The position numbers and the translations under genes are program-made. Positions 15,902 through 24,863 of a DNA stretch of 27,976 nt are shown one piece after another. This DNA comes from Armatimonadota bacterium (GTDB lineage: Bacteria > Armatimonadota > Armatimonadia > Armatimonadales > Armatimonadaceae), in contig JAYUUO010000227.1 of NCBI GenBank assembly GCA_043754515.1, positions 1 through 27,976 of the forward strand. The letters are read 5' to 3'. The stretch's first letter is position 1; every line of letters begins with the position of its first letter. The notes below the pieces were generated by a model. That model was given only the letters and a program-made list of their open reading frames with translations. It made no database searches and was not told where the DNA came from.

Positions 15902-17175
15902 GGCTGTAGCACGCTCCTGTAAACCGTCTCTACAGCGGCGGCGTGCCGCGCCCAGGTGTAGCGATCGTCCACGAATATGCGGAGCCGCTCCGCCGTCAGT
16001 TCCCGCGCCCAGACCTCGCCGCGCTCCTGGGCCTCGCAGAATGCGAGTATCGCTTCCGACAAGGAAACCGAATCGGTGCCGCGCGTTAAAAGTCGGGGTT
16101 CCAGGTCGCCGAGCACCTCCGGGGTCGCGCCGACCGGGGTCGCGACTACCGGAGTGCCGCACGATAAAGACTCCACAGTGACGAGGCCGAAACCTTCCAG
16201 CGACAGCGTCGGCAGGACGAAGAGGTCGGCACCCCGGTAATAGTCAGCGACCAGCTCGTCGGGTATAAACCCGGCGAACGTCGTCGCATCCGCGACGCCG
16301 AACGTGCCCGCCATCGCTTGGAGCGGCTCCATGAGGGGGCCGCGCCCACCGATTACGAGATGCGCCTTCGGAAATCTCCTCCGCACAGCGGGGAACGCGG
16401 CGATTAGATTTTCGAGTCCCATCCTGGGTACCAGGCGACGTATGGACAGAAGGAGTGGATAGGCCTCGGTCGGCAGGCCGGACTTCTCCCGCGCTTGATG
16501 GCGTGCGCCAGGGTCGTCAGTATCCACGAAATACCGGTCACGGTTCACCCCGCCCGGTATTTTGACGACATGATCCGCCGCGTACCCGAACGCGGCGACT
16601 TCACTCCGCGTCTGCTCGGATAATATCACCGTTCGCAGACTGGTTCGGAGGTTTTGCGCCTCGACGGAGTGGCGGTAATGGCGTTTGGCGAACGCACGCG
16701 CGAGCAGGATGGGCCTTCTCCACGGCGCAGTGCTTTTCAGCAGGGCGGTGTCTTCCACAAAGCCCTCGACATCCCACGGGCCGTAGAAGGAACGTATCCG
16801 GGGGACGCTACCCGGTATCGCACTCATCGGGCCGACGGCGGAATACGCGAAATGTGTGTGTACTAGATCGAAGGGCCTGTTCTCGCGGGCGGCATCCGCG
16901 ATTAGTTTCGCGCAGGCGATTCGCCCGTTACGCACCCACGCCGCAGGGTTATCCCCCTTCGCATACTGCGCGACGCTGCCATACTCCGGGTCGCGCCAGT
17001 CCTCCGGCTCGCCCGACGCGGCGCGGGAAACTAACAGAGTGGCATCGTGCCCCCCTTTTATTTGGGCGCGGATCAGCTCCCGCGCGACCTGGCGTGAGCC
17101 GCCTGGCTTTTCCTCGAATCGGATGTCGGAGAGATGCAGTATCCGCAGACGGCCACCTTCGTGAGACGGACTCAG
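15898..17175 (-). CDS. Glycosyltransferase family 4 with a probable CTG start
   Basis: The frame is open upstream of the track start (16935) and encodes LRILHLSD...PGGSRQVARELIRAQIKGGHDATLL, a typical GT4 N-terminus. The C-terminal part has RRLVPRMG and EGFGLVTVE. The candidate starts are CTG 17175 and CTG 17148. Confidence 0.88.
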   Translation of the reverse strand: MSPSHEGGRLRILHLSDIRFEEKPGGSRQVARELIRAQIKGGHDATLLVSRAASGEPEDWRDPEYGSVAQYAKGDNPAAWVRNGRIACAKLIADAARENRPFDLVHTHFAYSAVGPMSAIPGSVPRIRSFYGPWDVEGFVEDTALLKSTAPWRRPILLARAFAKRHYRHSVEAQNLRTSLRTVILSEQTRSEVAAFGYAADHVVKIPGGVNRDRYFVDTDDPGARHQAREKSGLPTEAYPLLLSIRRLVPRMGLENLIAAFPAVRRRFPKAHLVIGGRGPLMEPLQAMAGTFGVADATTFAGFIPDELVADYYRGADLFVLPTLSLEGFGLVTVESLSCGTPVVATPVGATPEVLGDLEPRLLTRGTDSVSLSEAILAFCEAQERGEVWARELTAERLRIFVDDRYTWARHAAAVETVYRSVLQP

Positions 17176-18308
17176 AGCGTGCCGCCTTCTCGGTCGCCGA
17201 TCTGAAAGCCGGGGTCGACACCGTCACGCGTCTCCCCGGCCTGCCCCAACTCGCGCGCGATTATGTAAAGAGGGCGGTGCTTCACCTCATCGTATATACG
17301 CCCGATGTACTCGCCGACGAGTCCCAATGTGATAAGTTGTATGCCGGAGAGGAAGGTCAACACGGTGATCACGCTCGCCCAGCCGGGCTGGAACGTTCCC
17401 TGTGAAAAGATGACGCGTATCACCGTCACGATCCCGTAAATGATCGAAAGGGCGGCGACCACAAGCCCGATGTTAGTGGCCAGTTTGAGCGGGGCGTCCG
17501 AGAACGACGTGAGGGCGTCCATCGCGAAACGTAGCATCTTGCCCAGGGGGTACTTGGTCTCGCCCGCCGCGCGCGCCGGCCGCTCGTAGTAGATCGGCTC
17601 CTGCTTAAACCCAACCCAGGCACTCATGCCGCGCAGGAAGCGGTGTGACTCGTTCATCCGATTGAGCGCGTCCACTACGCACCGATCCATCAACCGAAAA
17701 TCGCCGGTGTCGGCGGGGATATCCACGCTGGTCATGCGGCGTAAGAGCGTATAGAACTGGGACGCGGTCCATTTCTTGAATGCGGTCTCGCCTTCGCGCT
17801 TCGTGCGCACGGCGTACACGACATCTGCCCCTGCCAGCCATCGGGCGATCATCCTCGGGAGCAACTCGGGCGGGTCTTGTAGGTCCGCGTCCAAGAGCGC
17901 GATGGCGTCGCCCGTAGCGTGGTGCATCCCCGCTGTGACGGCGGCCTGGTGGCCGAAATTGCGTGAGAAGTCGAGCACGCGCAAGAAAGGACGGGTCTGG
18001 GTGGCTTCGGCGAGTTGCGCCAGCGAATCATCGCGTGAGCCGTCGTTGACACAGATCACCTCGACGGTGAGCGGAGGCAGATCGCCCCCACTCCCTTCAA
18101 CGGTCGCCCCGCGAGACAGTTCAGCGACCACGTCGTCAACGCGTCCCATTAATATGGGGATCACCTTGGACTCGTTAAAGATAGGGAACACAAGCGACAG
18201 TTTCGGGCTTGCGTTGCCACGCCCTGACACGCCAGTGAGAAGTGCTCCGCTATCAGAGCCGCTCGGGGCATTGATGGGGATGTGCGTAGACGGGGGGAAA
18301 GAGGGCAT
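17172..18308 (-). CDS. GT2 polyisoprenyl-phosphate glycosyltransferase (GtrB/CsbB-like)
   Basis: LSLVFPIFNE, VNDGSRD, FSRNFGHQAA, DADLQDPP, TGDFRLMD, two C-terminal TM helices and LGLVGEYIGRIYDEVKHRPLY. Confidence 0.93.
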   Translation of the reverse strand: MPSFPPSTHIPINAPSGSDSGALLTGVSGRGNASPKLSLVFPIFNESKVIPILMGRVDDVVAELSRGATVEGSGGDLPPLTVEVICVNDGSRDDSLAQLAEATQTRPFLRVLDFSRNFGHQAAVTAGMHHATGDAIALLDADLQDPPELLPRMIARWLAGADVVYAVRTKREGETAFKKWTASQFYTLLRRMTSVDIPADTGDFRLMDRCVVDALNRMNESHRFLRGMSAWVGFKQEPIYYERPARAAGETKYPLGKMLRFAMDALTSFSDAPLKLATNIGLVVAALSIIYGIVTVIRVIFSQGTFQPGWASVITVLTFLSGIQLITLGLVGEYIGRIYDEVKHRPLYIIARELGQAGETRDGVDPGFQIGDREGGTL

Positions 18309-20051
18309 CTATCTGTTTCCCTTCGGCGAACGGGAGGGCAAGGCGACGACAGCGCGCGGAGACTGTGTGTCAAAGCGTTTTACCCATATATAATACGGGA
18401 GTGTTGGGCGGTGCATCATCTCCGAGAGCCACAACCTCTCCGCATCAGTCCTCCACATGAAGCCCGTCTCAACCGGGGGACCGAAGCGTTGCCCAAGCAC
18501 GGTACATAATGTAGCACCCCGCACTACCGCGTTATGATCACCCCTATCCCGCCCGATAAAGTAGAGGTAGCGGCGCCTCCCTAGATTATTCAGACTCAGG
18601 CTGATTGTTCGTGATACGCCATCGGCATCGCTGGATTGCTTATTCGGATTTACCACGGGAACCCCAGAATTGGAATGTCTCAGGCCGAAGTCTATCACCG
18701 CTTCTTCCGTGATGATCACCGCCTTCTCGCGGAATCCGTCAGCCTCCAGGCGGCTCATCACGGCTCCCCAGGGTGCCGTGTAGTTCGGGTTGAGAAACTC
18801 ACGCCCGATCCAGTAGTTAACGTCGGAGTAGATCCAGACACAGAACAAGACAATAATCATCCCCACCCGGATGGGGCGGGGACGCAACATCATCAGCCCC
18901 GTCGCCACGGTCACACAGAACAGCGGGACCAGGAAAGAATCCCGTTTGCCCATGCTACCGAGTGTCTGCATCGCGCCGAACCGCCCGCTTGTGATCAATG
19001 CGAACAGGAGTGTCGTGACGACGACCACGATCGGGATGACGCACTCTCGCTTTCTATGCAAGTAAGCAGCACCAGCGACGAACGCGAATAAACTTCCTAC
19101 CACCCCCGGTAGCGAGACTGCCCAGGTCCAGGGGTATACTGTTTCGCCAACACAATACATGTATACGGGTAGCATGAAGCGTCGAATGAAACCGCCTAAT
19201 CCCTGTCCGACAGAGGGGTCTTCCACGGAGACGCCACCGCCACCGCCGCTCTGACCCGCGAGTTGCCAGAGGATCACGGGCGATAAGAGTACGGCGCAGG
19301 CGACCATAGCACCGAATACTTTCGGCGCGTGTCTCTCGCTACGCCACTGATATGCTAACGCGAGGAACTGCCCGACGACCAGAAACAGGCTCGGCACGTA
19401 GATGAGCAGCATCGTCATTGTCACCACGCCGTAGGCAACAATGAGTCTCGATTTACCAGTACCCAAGGCTCGTAAAAACAGGTAAACACTCCATGTGGCT
19501 AGTAAGCCTAATACCGCGTGGTAGCGCGTCATACGGTCGAATAGGAGAATCCCCGGAGATATAGCGGTAATCCAGAGCGCGAGCAATCCAACCTTATAAT
19601 TCAGACGTCTACCCAACAGGTACGCTATATAGGGAGTGAAAACGCCGGGCAGTGCCGAGAAAAATCGGTACAGCGCAATACTGTCGCCGAATAGATTGCG
19701 TATCCCCCAAAGTACAAGTGCTTGCAAGGGGGTGTGATCCCTCGGCGACGCGTTACCACGCGCTATCTCAATCAGCGGGTAGTAGCCACATTCCAAATTC
19801 AGAACTTCGTCGGTCCATAGCGGTTTCGCCAGAGGAAAAAGCAAGAGCAACAGTGCGCCGATGAACAGCCCACTCCAGAAAAGGATGCGGAACCATGATG
19901 ACGGCTCCGAAGGTTTCCGCTCTTCCGAACTTCGGTCCTTCGCGCCGACATCTGCCGAACTCATCCTGCTGGTAGGCATTTCATCAGGAGTTGCGACAGC
20001 GGACACAAGGACTTCTCTCCTCGTGCCGGTCATCGAAGTATTCTCTAGCAT
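18309..20051 (-). CDS. GT-C superfamily (PMT/ArnT-like, GT39/83) integral-membrane glycosyltransferase
   Basis: LWTDE after TM1, DHTPL, RFFSAL, RMTRYH, many TM segments and a soluble C-terminal domain. The stop abuts the GT2 ATG. The exact start is uncertain (several ATGs). Confidence 0.82.
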   Translation of the reverse strand: MLENTSMTGTRREVLVSAVATPDEMPTSRMSSADVGAKDRSSEERKPSEPSSWFRILFWSGLFIGALLLLLFPLAKPLWTDEVLNLECGYYPLIEIARGNASPRDHTPLQALVLWGIRNLFGDSIALYRFFSALPGVFTPYIAYLLGRRLNYKVGLLALWITAISPGILLFDRMTRYHAVLGLLATWSVYLFLRALGTGKSRLIVAYGVVTMTMLLIYVPSLFLVVGQFLALAYQWRSERHAPKVFGAMVACAVLLSPVILWQLAGQSGGGGGVSVEDPSVGQGLGGFIRRFMLPVYMYCVGETVYPWTWAVSLPGVVGSLFAFVAGAAYLHRKRECVIPIVVVVTTLLFALITSGRFGAMQTLGSMGKRDSFLVPLFCVTVATGLMMLRPRPIRVGMIIVLFCVWIYSDVNYWIGREFLNPNYTAPWGAVMSRLEADGFREKAVIITEEAVIDFGLRHSNSGVPVVNPNKQSSDADGVSRTISLSLNNLGRRRYLYFIGRDRGDHNAVVRGATLCTVLGQRFGPPVETGFMWRTDAERLWLSEMMHRPTLPYYIWVKRFDTQSPRAVVALPSRSPKGNR

Positions 20052-20054
20052 GAT

Positions 20055-20360
20055 TTATATCCTCTCCAGCGACGGCACACTGGCATTGACCAGCATAAAG
20101 TATTTCGTGAGTGCACTGAGGCGACTCCACTGATCCCCCATGCTACCGTCATCCGCTAGCGGAGCACGGGGGCACCTACTCAGAACGTCGGCAACCGCCG
20201 CGAAGGGGCGGTACCATACGCGTGCTAGCTGGTAACGTGCCTTCCAGCCATCGAAGACGGGAACTGCCAAAACATACGACGCGCTGTTAGCCGTCGGATG
20301 GGAGCAGACAGGGAGACTATATCTTTTCTTCGTGCTTAAATTTGCAGTCATGGCTATCAT
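20055..20360 (-). CDS. Possible small hypothetical protein (101 aa)
   Basis: An ATG follows an AT-rich tract, and the stop is 3 nt before the GT-C start. There is no recognisable motif, so the ORF may be non-coding. Confidence 0.2.
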   Translation of the reverse strand: MIAMTANLSTKKRYSLPVCSHPTANSASYVLAVPVFDGWKARYQLARVWYRPFAAVADVLSRCPRAPLADDGSMGDQWSRLSALTKYFMLVNASVPSLERI

Positions 20361-20449
20361 TTATTATTAATTAGACTTCTGACGCCATGCGCTAATGACT
20401 GTGACCGCGCACGGTATCCCACTCTCGCGACACGTGTCACCAAGTCGGC

Positions 20450-21667
20450 TCACCCGGATGGATGATCCGCCGTTAGGGATTTGGCCGGTTCCTTCGCAGG
20501 AAGAGTGGGACCATGCGAGGATGCATTGCTCTGCCATGAGGGACGGACGTTCGCGGGTAGCGCACCTTTTTTCCCGAAACCCGCGGCGAGTTCATCGCGC
20601 ACGACGTTACGATCCAAGAGATCTCCGTAAACCTTCTCATAGCGAGCGACGACCGCCTCCCACCCATATTCGCGGGCACGTGCCGAACCCAGAGATTCGT
20701 AGCCCCCCCGCCGCGCCGGGTCGGTCAGTAGCGAGATGAGTTCCCGTGCCAGTGTATCATCGGGCGCGACGACCCCGTACTTCCCATCCGCTAGAACTTC
20801 GCGCGCACCCATATTCGGCGAGCCGACCGCGACAGTGCCGGATGCGAACGCCTCAATGTAGGGCACGCCGAAGCCCTCGTACAGACTTGGCAGACAGAAC
20901 ACCCACGCCCGCTTATATAGTTCGGTGAGTAATTTGAACGGAATTCGCCCGAAGTTTTTAATGCCGTCCCCCTCCAGTGGCTCATCAGAGACGGCCCAGA
21001 GCGTGGCACCAGACGGTAACCGTGGTAGCATTTCGCGACTCCACTGGTCGGCAAGCCACTGCCCGCGTTTTCGTCCGCCTTTGGTTCCGACGAAGAGCAC
21101 AATCGGACTATCTTCCTTGGTACCCGACGCGAACGAGGACAAATCAACGCCGCACGGGATGACCTCGGCGACTTCCGGGAATCGGAGGCGTGTCGCCTCG
21201 GAGATTCCCGTGACGTAATCCGCGCGGCGTGCGCCCCACTCTTCCAGGGGGATAAGCACAGCCTGAAAGATTTTGCGTCGCAACGTGCTCGCGCTACGCA
21301 TCTCATCACGGGCGGAGCCGTTAATAGTTCGTACTATCGGCGGATGTCCCCCGCCTCCCGTCAAATAGTTGTCGCCCATTAGATGCACGATGTCAAACCC
21401 ATCCCAGCTCTGCTTTCTTAGCGCAAAGGCGAAGGCGAACGAGGCCACGAAATGTGGGAGTCGCGGCTTCGGCAGAGTACGAACCGCATACAACGAATCG
21501 TCGCATGGCGGGCTGAATGTCACCATTGTCACTTGATGACCACGTAGAACAAGCGCGTTCGCCAGGTGATGCGACTGGTGCGCGACACCGCCTTTGGACT
21601 CGTTGGGTAGATCCGCGTGACCGATTGCTATACGGAGCGGCGAAAGTATTGACGGCGAGTTGATCAT
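20450..21667 (-). CDS. Glycosyltransferase family 4
   Basis: LRIAIGH...KGGVAHQSHHLANALVLRGHQV, IPCGVD, LFVG...RKRG and PSLYEGFGVPYIEAFASG; low-complexity C-terminal tail. Confidence 0.92.
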   Translation of the reverse strand: MINSPSILSPLRIAIGHADLPNESKGGVAHQSHHLANALVLRGHQVTMVTFSPPCDDSLYAVRTLPKPRLPHFVASFAFAFALRKQSWDGFDIVHLMGDNYLTGGGGHPPIVRTINGSARDEMRSASTLRRKIFQAVLIPLEEWGARRADYVTGISEATRLRFPEVAEVIPCGVDLSSFASGTKEDSPIVLFVGTKGGRKRGQWLADQWSREMLPRLPSGATLWAVSDEPLEGDGIKNFGRIPFKLLTELYKRAWVFCLPSLYEGFGVPYIEAFASGTVAVGSPNMGAREVLADGKYGVVAPDDTLARELISLLTDPARRGGYESLGSARAREYGWEAVVARYEKVYGDLLDRNVVRDELAAGFGKKGALPANVRPSWQSNASSHGPTLPAKEPAKSLTADHPSG

Positions 21668-21747
21668 GGCTTGGTGACACCTACCAAGACCCCGCGCGAT
21701 GGCGCGACCTTCTCGGGTGTGACATTCATCAGGCTTTTAGGCATGGG

Positions 21748-23511
21748 CTAGGAAGGGCGCGTGTCGGTGATGTCACCGCCCGCCTGGAGCGTAGTCGCGC
21801 TACGCTCCAGCATGTCACGCTCGGTTGACTCGATGCGGGGTACCGCGAGTATCGAGCCGCAACATATCCAGAAGAAGTAGTTCGATTGCAGTGACGCCCC
21901 GCCGAAACTGTAAATTATCGTGCTCAGAATATACGTGTATAACAGGGAGGCCACCACCCGTAGATTGGCATCCTTAACAGTACGACAGATCTGATATCCG
22001 AAATATAGGATGCCGACGAAGAGGGCTGCATTCAGAATGAGTCCGAAGATACCCATGTCGCCCTGAGTGGCATTCCATTGCGTTTCCCGGTCAGAGACAT
22101 TGTTCAGCACGTGGATGTCAATAGTAAGGTTGGAGTTGCCAGCACCCGCGAATAACGAGGTTCTGGAGATCCCGATCCCGAGCGGACGTATAGTAATCGT
22201 TTTGTAGAGGGAGTCGAAGTGATACCCTCGTTGCTTCTGGTACGAAGTGAACGGGTTCTGAAGAGTAGACTTGTAACGCTTCGTCAGCTTACCATGCGCG
22301 AGTCCGTCAGCTATGGCGAATGAGACGACCAGAAGAGTGGCAATCAAGAACGTCATGAAATAGATCCGGGCGGCGTCCTGCAACCGCCGCACCGAGAGAG
22401 CGAGGAAGACGGGGGTGACAGCAAGCAAAGTCAGAACAGAAAGTCGGACGCTCGAAACGGCGATCGCCATCCCTGTCACGATCACTGACATGAGTGCCAC
22501 CACGCGGCGCGCACCCAGCATCCGCGGCATTGTCCCGACGCACAACGCGGCGAGTAGCGACGTAGCCGCGACACCGACGTAACCGCCGGCGATGGCGTAT
22601 GTCCCAACAGGACGGAACGCGCCTTCCTCGCCTACCTTTCCTCCAACGAGTGCGTAAGACATTAAGTTAACGCTCTCCTTCATTCCGATGACATGACTGT
22701 AGCACCACGATCGCCCCATATTGAACTGAAAGAGGGCATAAGCCGCGGAGACAAAACCGACCACGAGCGTCATGTAGACCAGACCCATCGCATGCTTCCG
22801 CCGCGTGAGGTTGTAGTAGGAGACGAAAAAGAACGCCATCGGAGCGGTATACCATACGAGGCCGCCTTGTAAGGCGGTGACGATGCTCGGCGTTTCGGGG
22901 TTTAGACACTGTAACAGACTGAGGGACATCAGCGCGGCGACGAGCATACTCATCTTGGGCAGGGGTATGGCCGGCTCATCCGGTGCATCTCCGAGGACGC
23001 TGGGCTTCGAAGTTGTCGGGACGGGGGATACTTTCGCGGACTTCTTCGAGGCCGATAGCATGTTCTGTACGCGGAGGCGCCACGCGATGATGATCACGGT
23101 CGCTAAAAGCGGCGCGACGATGTAGACGATCTGGTTGAACTTGGAAGTGTATTTGTACATCCCCTCAAGGCTAAGGTACACGGTGAACAGCATCACGGCA
23201 TTCCAGGTGTCTGTCAAGGCGACGGCTGATATTACGACGAAAATCAGCATGAGAGACAGGTAAGTGAAGCCTGTCTTGACGACGATGGACCCAATTATGA
23301 TGGCGGCTATCATCATCCCCCAGACAAGGGCACGTGATACTTCTTTTTTATCGTTGTAGAGCGCGCGAAGCAACGGGATATTAATCGCGGCGCGTTTGGG
23401 CACCGGGGGGGGCAACCGGAAAGGCTTGATAGGGACGTCCGATGGCGTGGCACGGGCGGAATCCGGGCGGGGCGAGGGTGACGAGTTGTCCAGGGAGAGT
23501 GGGAGTAACAT
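21748..23511 (-). CDS. Wzy polymerase / O-antigen ligase-like membrane protein
   Basis: Many TM segments, FRPVGTY, SSVR, a periplasmic loop ending RPLGIG, and DMGIFG. It lies directly downstream of wza/wzc. The ATG at 23511 is preferred because it avoids overlap with wza. Confidence 0.75.
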   Translation of the reverse strand: MLLPLSLDNSSPSPRPDSARATPSDVPIKPFRLPPPVPKRAAINIPLLRALYNDKKEVSRALVWGMMIAAIIIGSIVVKTGFTYLSLMLIFVVISAVALTDTWNAVMLFTVYLSLEGMYKYTSKFNQIVYIVAPLLATVIIIAWRLRVQNMLSASKKSAKVSPVPTTSKPSVLGDAPDEPAIPLPKMSMLVAALMSLSLLQCLNPETPSIVTALQGGLVWYTAPMAFFFVSYYNLTRRKHAMGLVYMTLVVGFVSAAYALFQFNMGRSWCYSHVIGMKESVNLMSYALVGGKVGEEGAFRPVGTYAIAGGYVGVAATSLLAALCVGTMPRMLGARRVVALMSVIVTGMAIAVSSVRLSVLTLLAVTPVFLALSVRRLQDAARIYFMTFLIATLLVVSFAIADGLAHGKLTKRYKSTLQNPFTSYQKQRGYHFDSLYKTITIRPLGIGISRTSLFAGAGNSNLTIDIHVLNNVSDRETQWNATQGDMGIFGLILNAALFVGILYFGYQICRTVKDANLRVVASLLYTYILSTIIYSFGGASLQSNYFFWICCGSILAVPRIESTERDMLERSATTLQAGGDITDTRPS

Positions 23512-23575
23512 AGCTATATGAGTGGGACGTTCGGCGAGGTCGGCGGCGTCATGCGCATGACGCCGCCGTATGCCT

Positions 23576-24841
23576 CTACCGCGAGAAGAGGTAACGCAGG
23601 TTGACCAGACCACCGAGCGCGCCCAGGGAGCTAACCCCGTCCATTATGCCGAACTTCCGACCGTTCTTGAATGGGATGTAAACGATGTCGCCCGGTAGGA
23701 GTACGATATTCTTAGACAGATCCGCCTTCTTTAGCATCTCCTCGACGTTAACGGTTGTTGCGACCTGCGTCCCGTCGGGCTTGGCGCGGATGACCTGCGT
23801 CTTCTTCGTCTCGGCCTGCTGGAGGGGTACCCCGGCGTCCGATATCGCTTGAACCAGAGTCATAGGGCGATCATCCGGTATAAGGGTAGCACCTTGCCGG
23901 TTGAAGGCACCAACCATGTATACGAGCCGCCTGTTCTCGGGCACTACCAACTTGTCACCCGGCTGAAGACGTACCTCCGGTTCGGAACCGTCCTTGACAT
24001 ACTGCCGGAGATCAATAGGTATCTTCGTGCCGTTCCGCTCGATCACCGCTTCCGACAACAGCGCGGACGGCTTCACTCCGCCCGCGTCCTGCAAAGCTTT
24101 GCTGACTGTGTGGTCACGCGGGATCAGCACGGCACCCGGCTTGAACACCTCGCCAGTCACCTGAATCTGCGATCTCGATTCATCAACCGAGTCCACAATC
24201 AGCAGGTCATTCGGTTCCAGAAGCATGTTCGCGGACGAATCGCTGTTTTGGTAGACCGCGCTTAGGTCTATCGGAATGACTTCTTTCGTCTCCAGGCGGA
24301 TCAACCTCGCCGTGAATAGGTCGGTCCGGTCGGAGATTAGTCCCCCCGCGTCGGAGAGAGCATCCAGAACGTGCCAGCCGTCACGCATTATCCGCTTCCC
24401 AGTCGTTTTGACCCCGGACCCGGTCACCGCTACCTGCCGCACTTGTCTTTCGCGCACGCTCACCGAGACCTGCGGACGGACAAAATCTTTGCGAATGACT
24501 CCGGCGAGGATGGCCTCCACTTCGCGTGGAGTCTTACCCGCGACCACGATCTGCCCCGCTTTCGGGTAGGAGATAGTACCGTCAGGTAGCACCGTCGCGA
24601 GCATGGTGTATTGGGGATCGTTCATACAAGATATGAAGATGGAGTCGTCCTTGCTGATCTTGTACGTGGAGACCCCGTTCGCGGGCTTGACCGAAGCCGA
24701 CTTACTCGTCGCTACCGCAGTCTTGTCTTTTGGTTTCGCCCTCACGCCCGTACGCACTCCGGTATTCTGAGCCGACGCGACGCCGGTCAGCATAACGGCC
24801 ACCCCTAACCCGACGGCGATTTTCTCTTGGATTCTTGACAT
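23576..24841 (-). CDS. wza: Wza-like polysaccharide export protein (Poly_export plus SLBB repeats)
   Basis: YKISKDDSIFI...VLPDGTISYPKAGQIVVAGKT (PES motif), three SLBB-like repeats (LEPND, LQPGD, LLPGD) and a C-terminal amphipathic helix. An AGGAG SD precedes the ATG at 24841, followed by an N-terminal signal peptide. Confidence 0.88.
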   Translation of the reverse strand: MSRIQEKIAVGLGVAVMLTGVASAQNTGVRTGVRAKPKDKTAVATSKSASVKPANGVSTYKISKDDSIFISCMNDPQYTMLATVLPDGTISYPKAGQIVVAGKTPREVEAILAGVIRKDFVRPQVSVSVRERQVRQVAVTGSGVKTTGKRIMRDGWHVLDALSDAGGLISDRTDLFTARLIRLETKEVIPIDLSAVYQNSDSSANMLLEPNDLLIVDSVDESRSQIQVTGEVFKPGAVLIPRDHTVSKALQDAGGVKPSALLSEAVIERNGTKIPIDLRQYVKDGSEPEVRLQPGDKLVVPENRRLVYMVGAFNRQGATLIPDDRPMTLVQAISDAGVPLQQAETKKTQVIRAKPDGTQVATTVNVEEMLKKADLSKNIVLLPGDIVYIPFKNGRKFGIMDGVSSLGALGGLVNLRYLFSR

Positions 24842-24863
24842 TGTGTTAACTCCTGAGGGGCGA

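Noticed and set aside
15902..16162. N-terminal extension of the 508-aa GT4 ORF
   Set aside because: It overlaps the upstream GT4 in another frame and is low-complexity. The ATGA overlap at 15898-15901 marks the likely start.
16936..17175. Suspected frameshift or pseudogene at the 5' end of the GT4
   Set aside because: Manual translation shows one continuous open frame. Only a standard start codon is missing.
21718..21733. CRP/FNR-like site TGTGA-N6-TCAGG
   Set aside because: The second half-site has two mismatches, which is not distinguishable from chance.
23405..23412. G8 tract near the 5' end of the wzy-like gene (also C8 at 12211-12218) as a phase-variation site
   Set aside because: The tracts are short, in frame and explained by Pro codons in a GC-rich genome. 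There is no read evidence for length variation.
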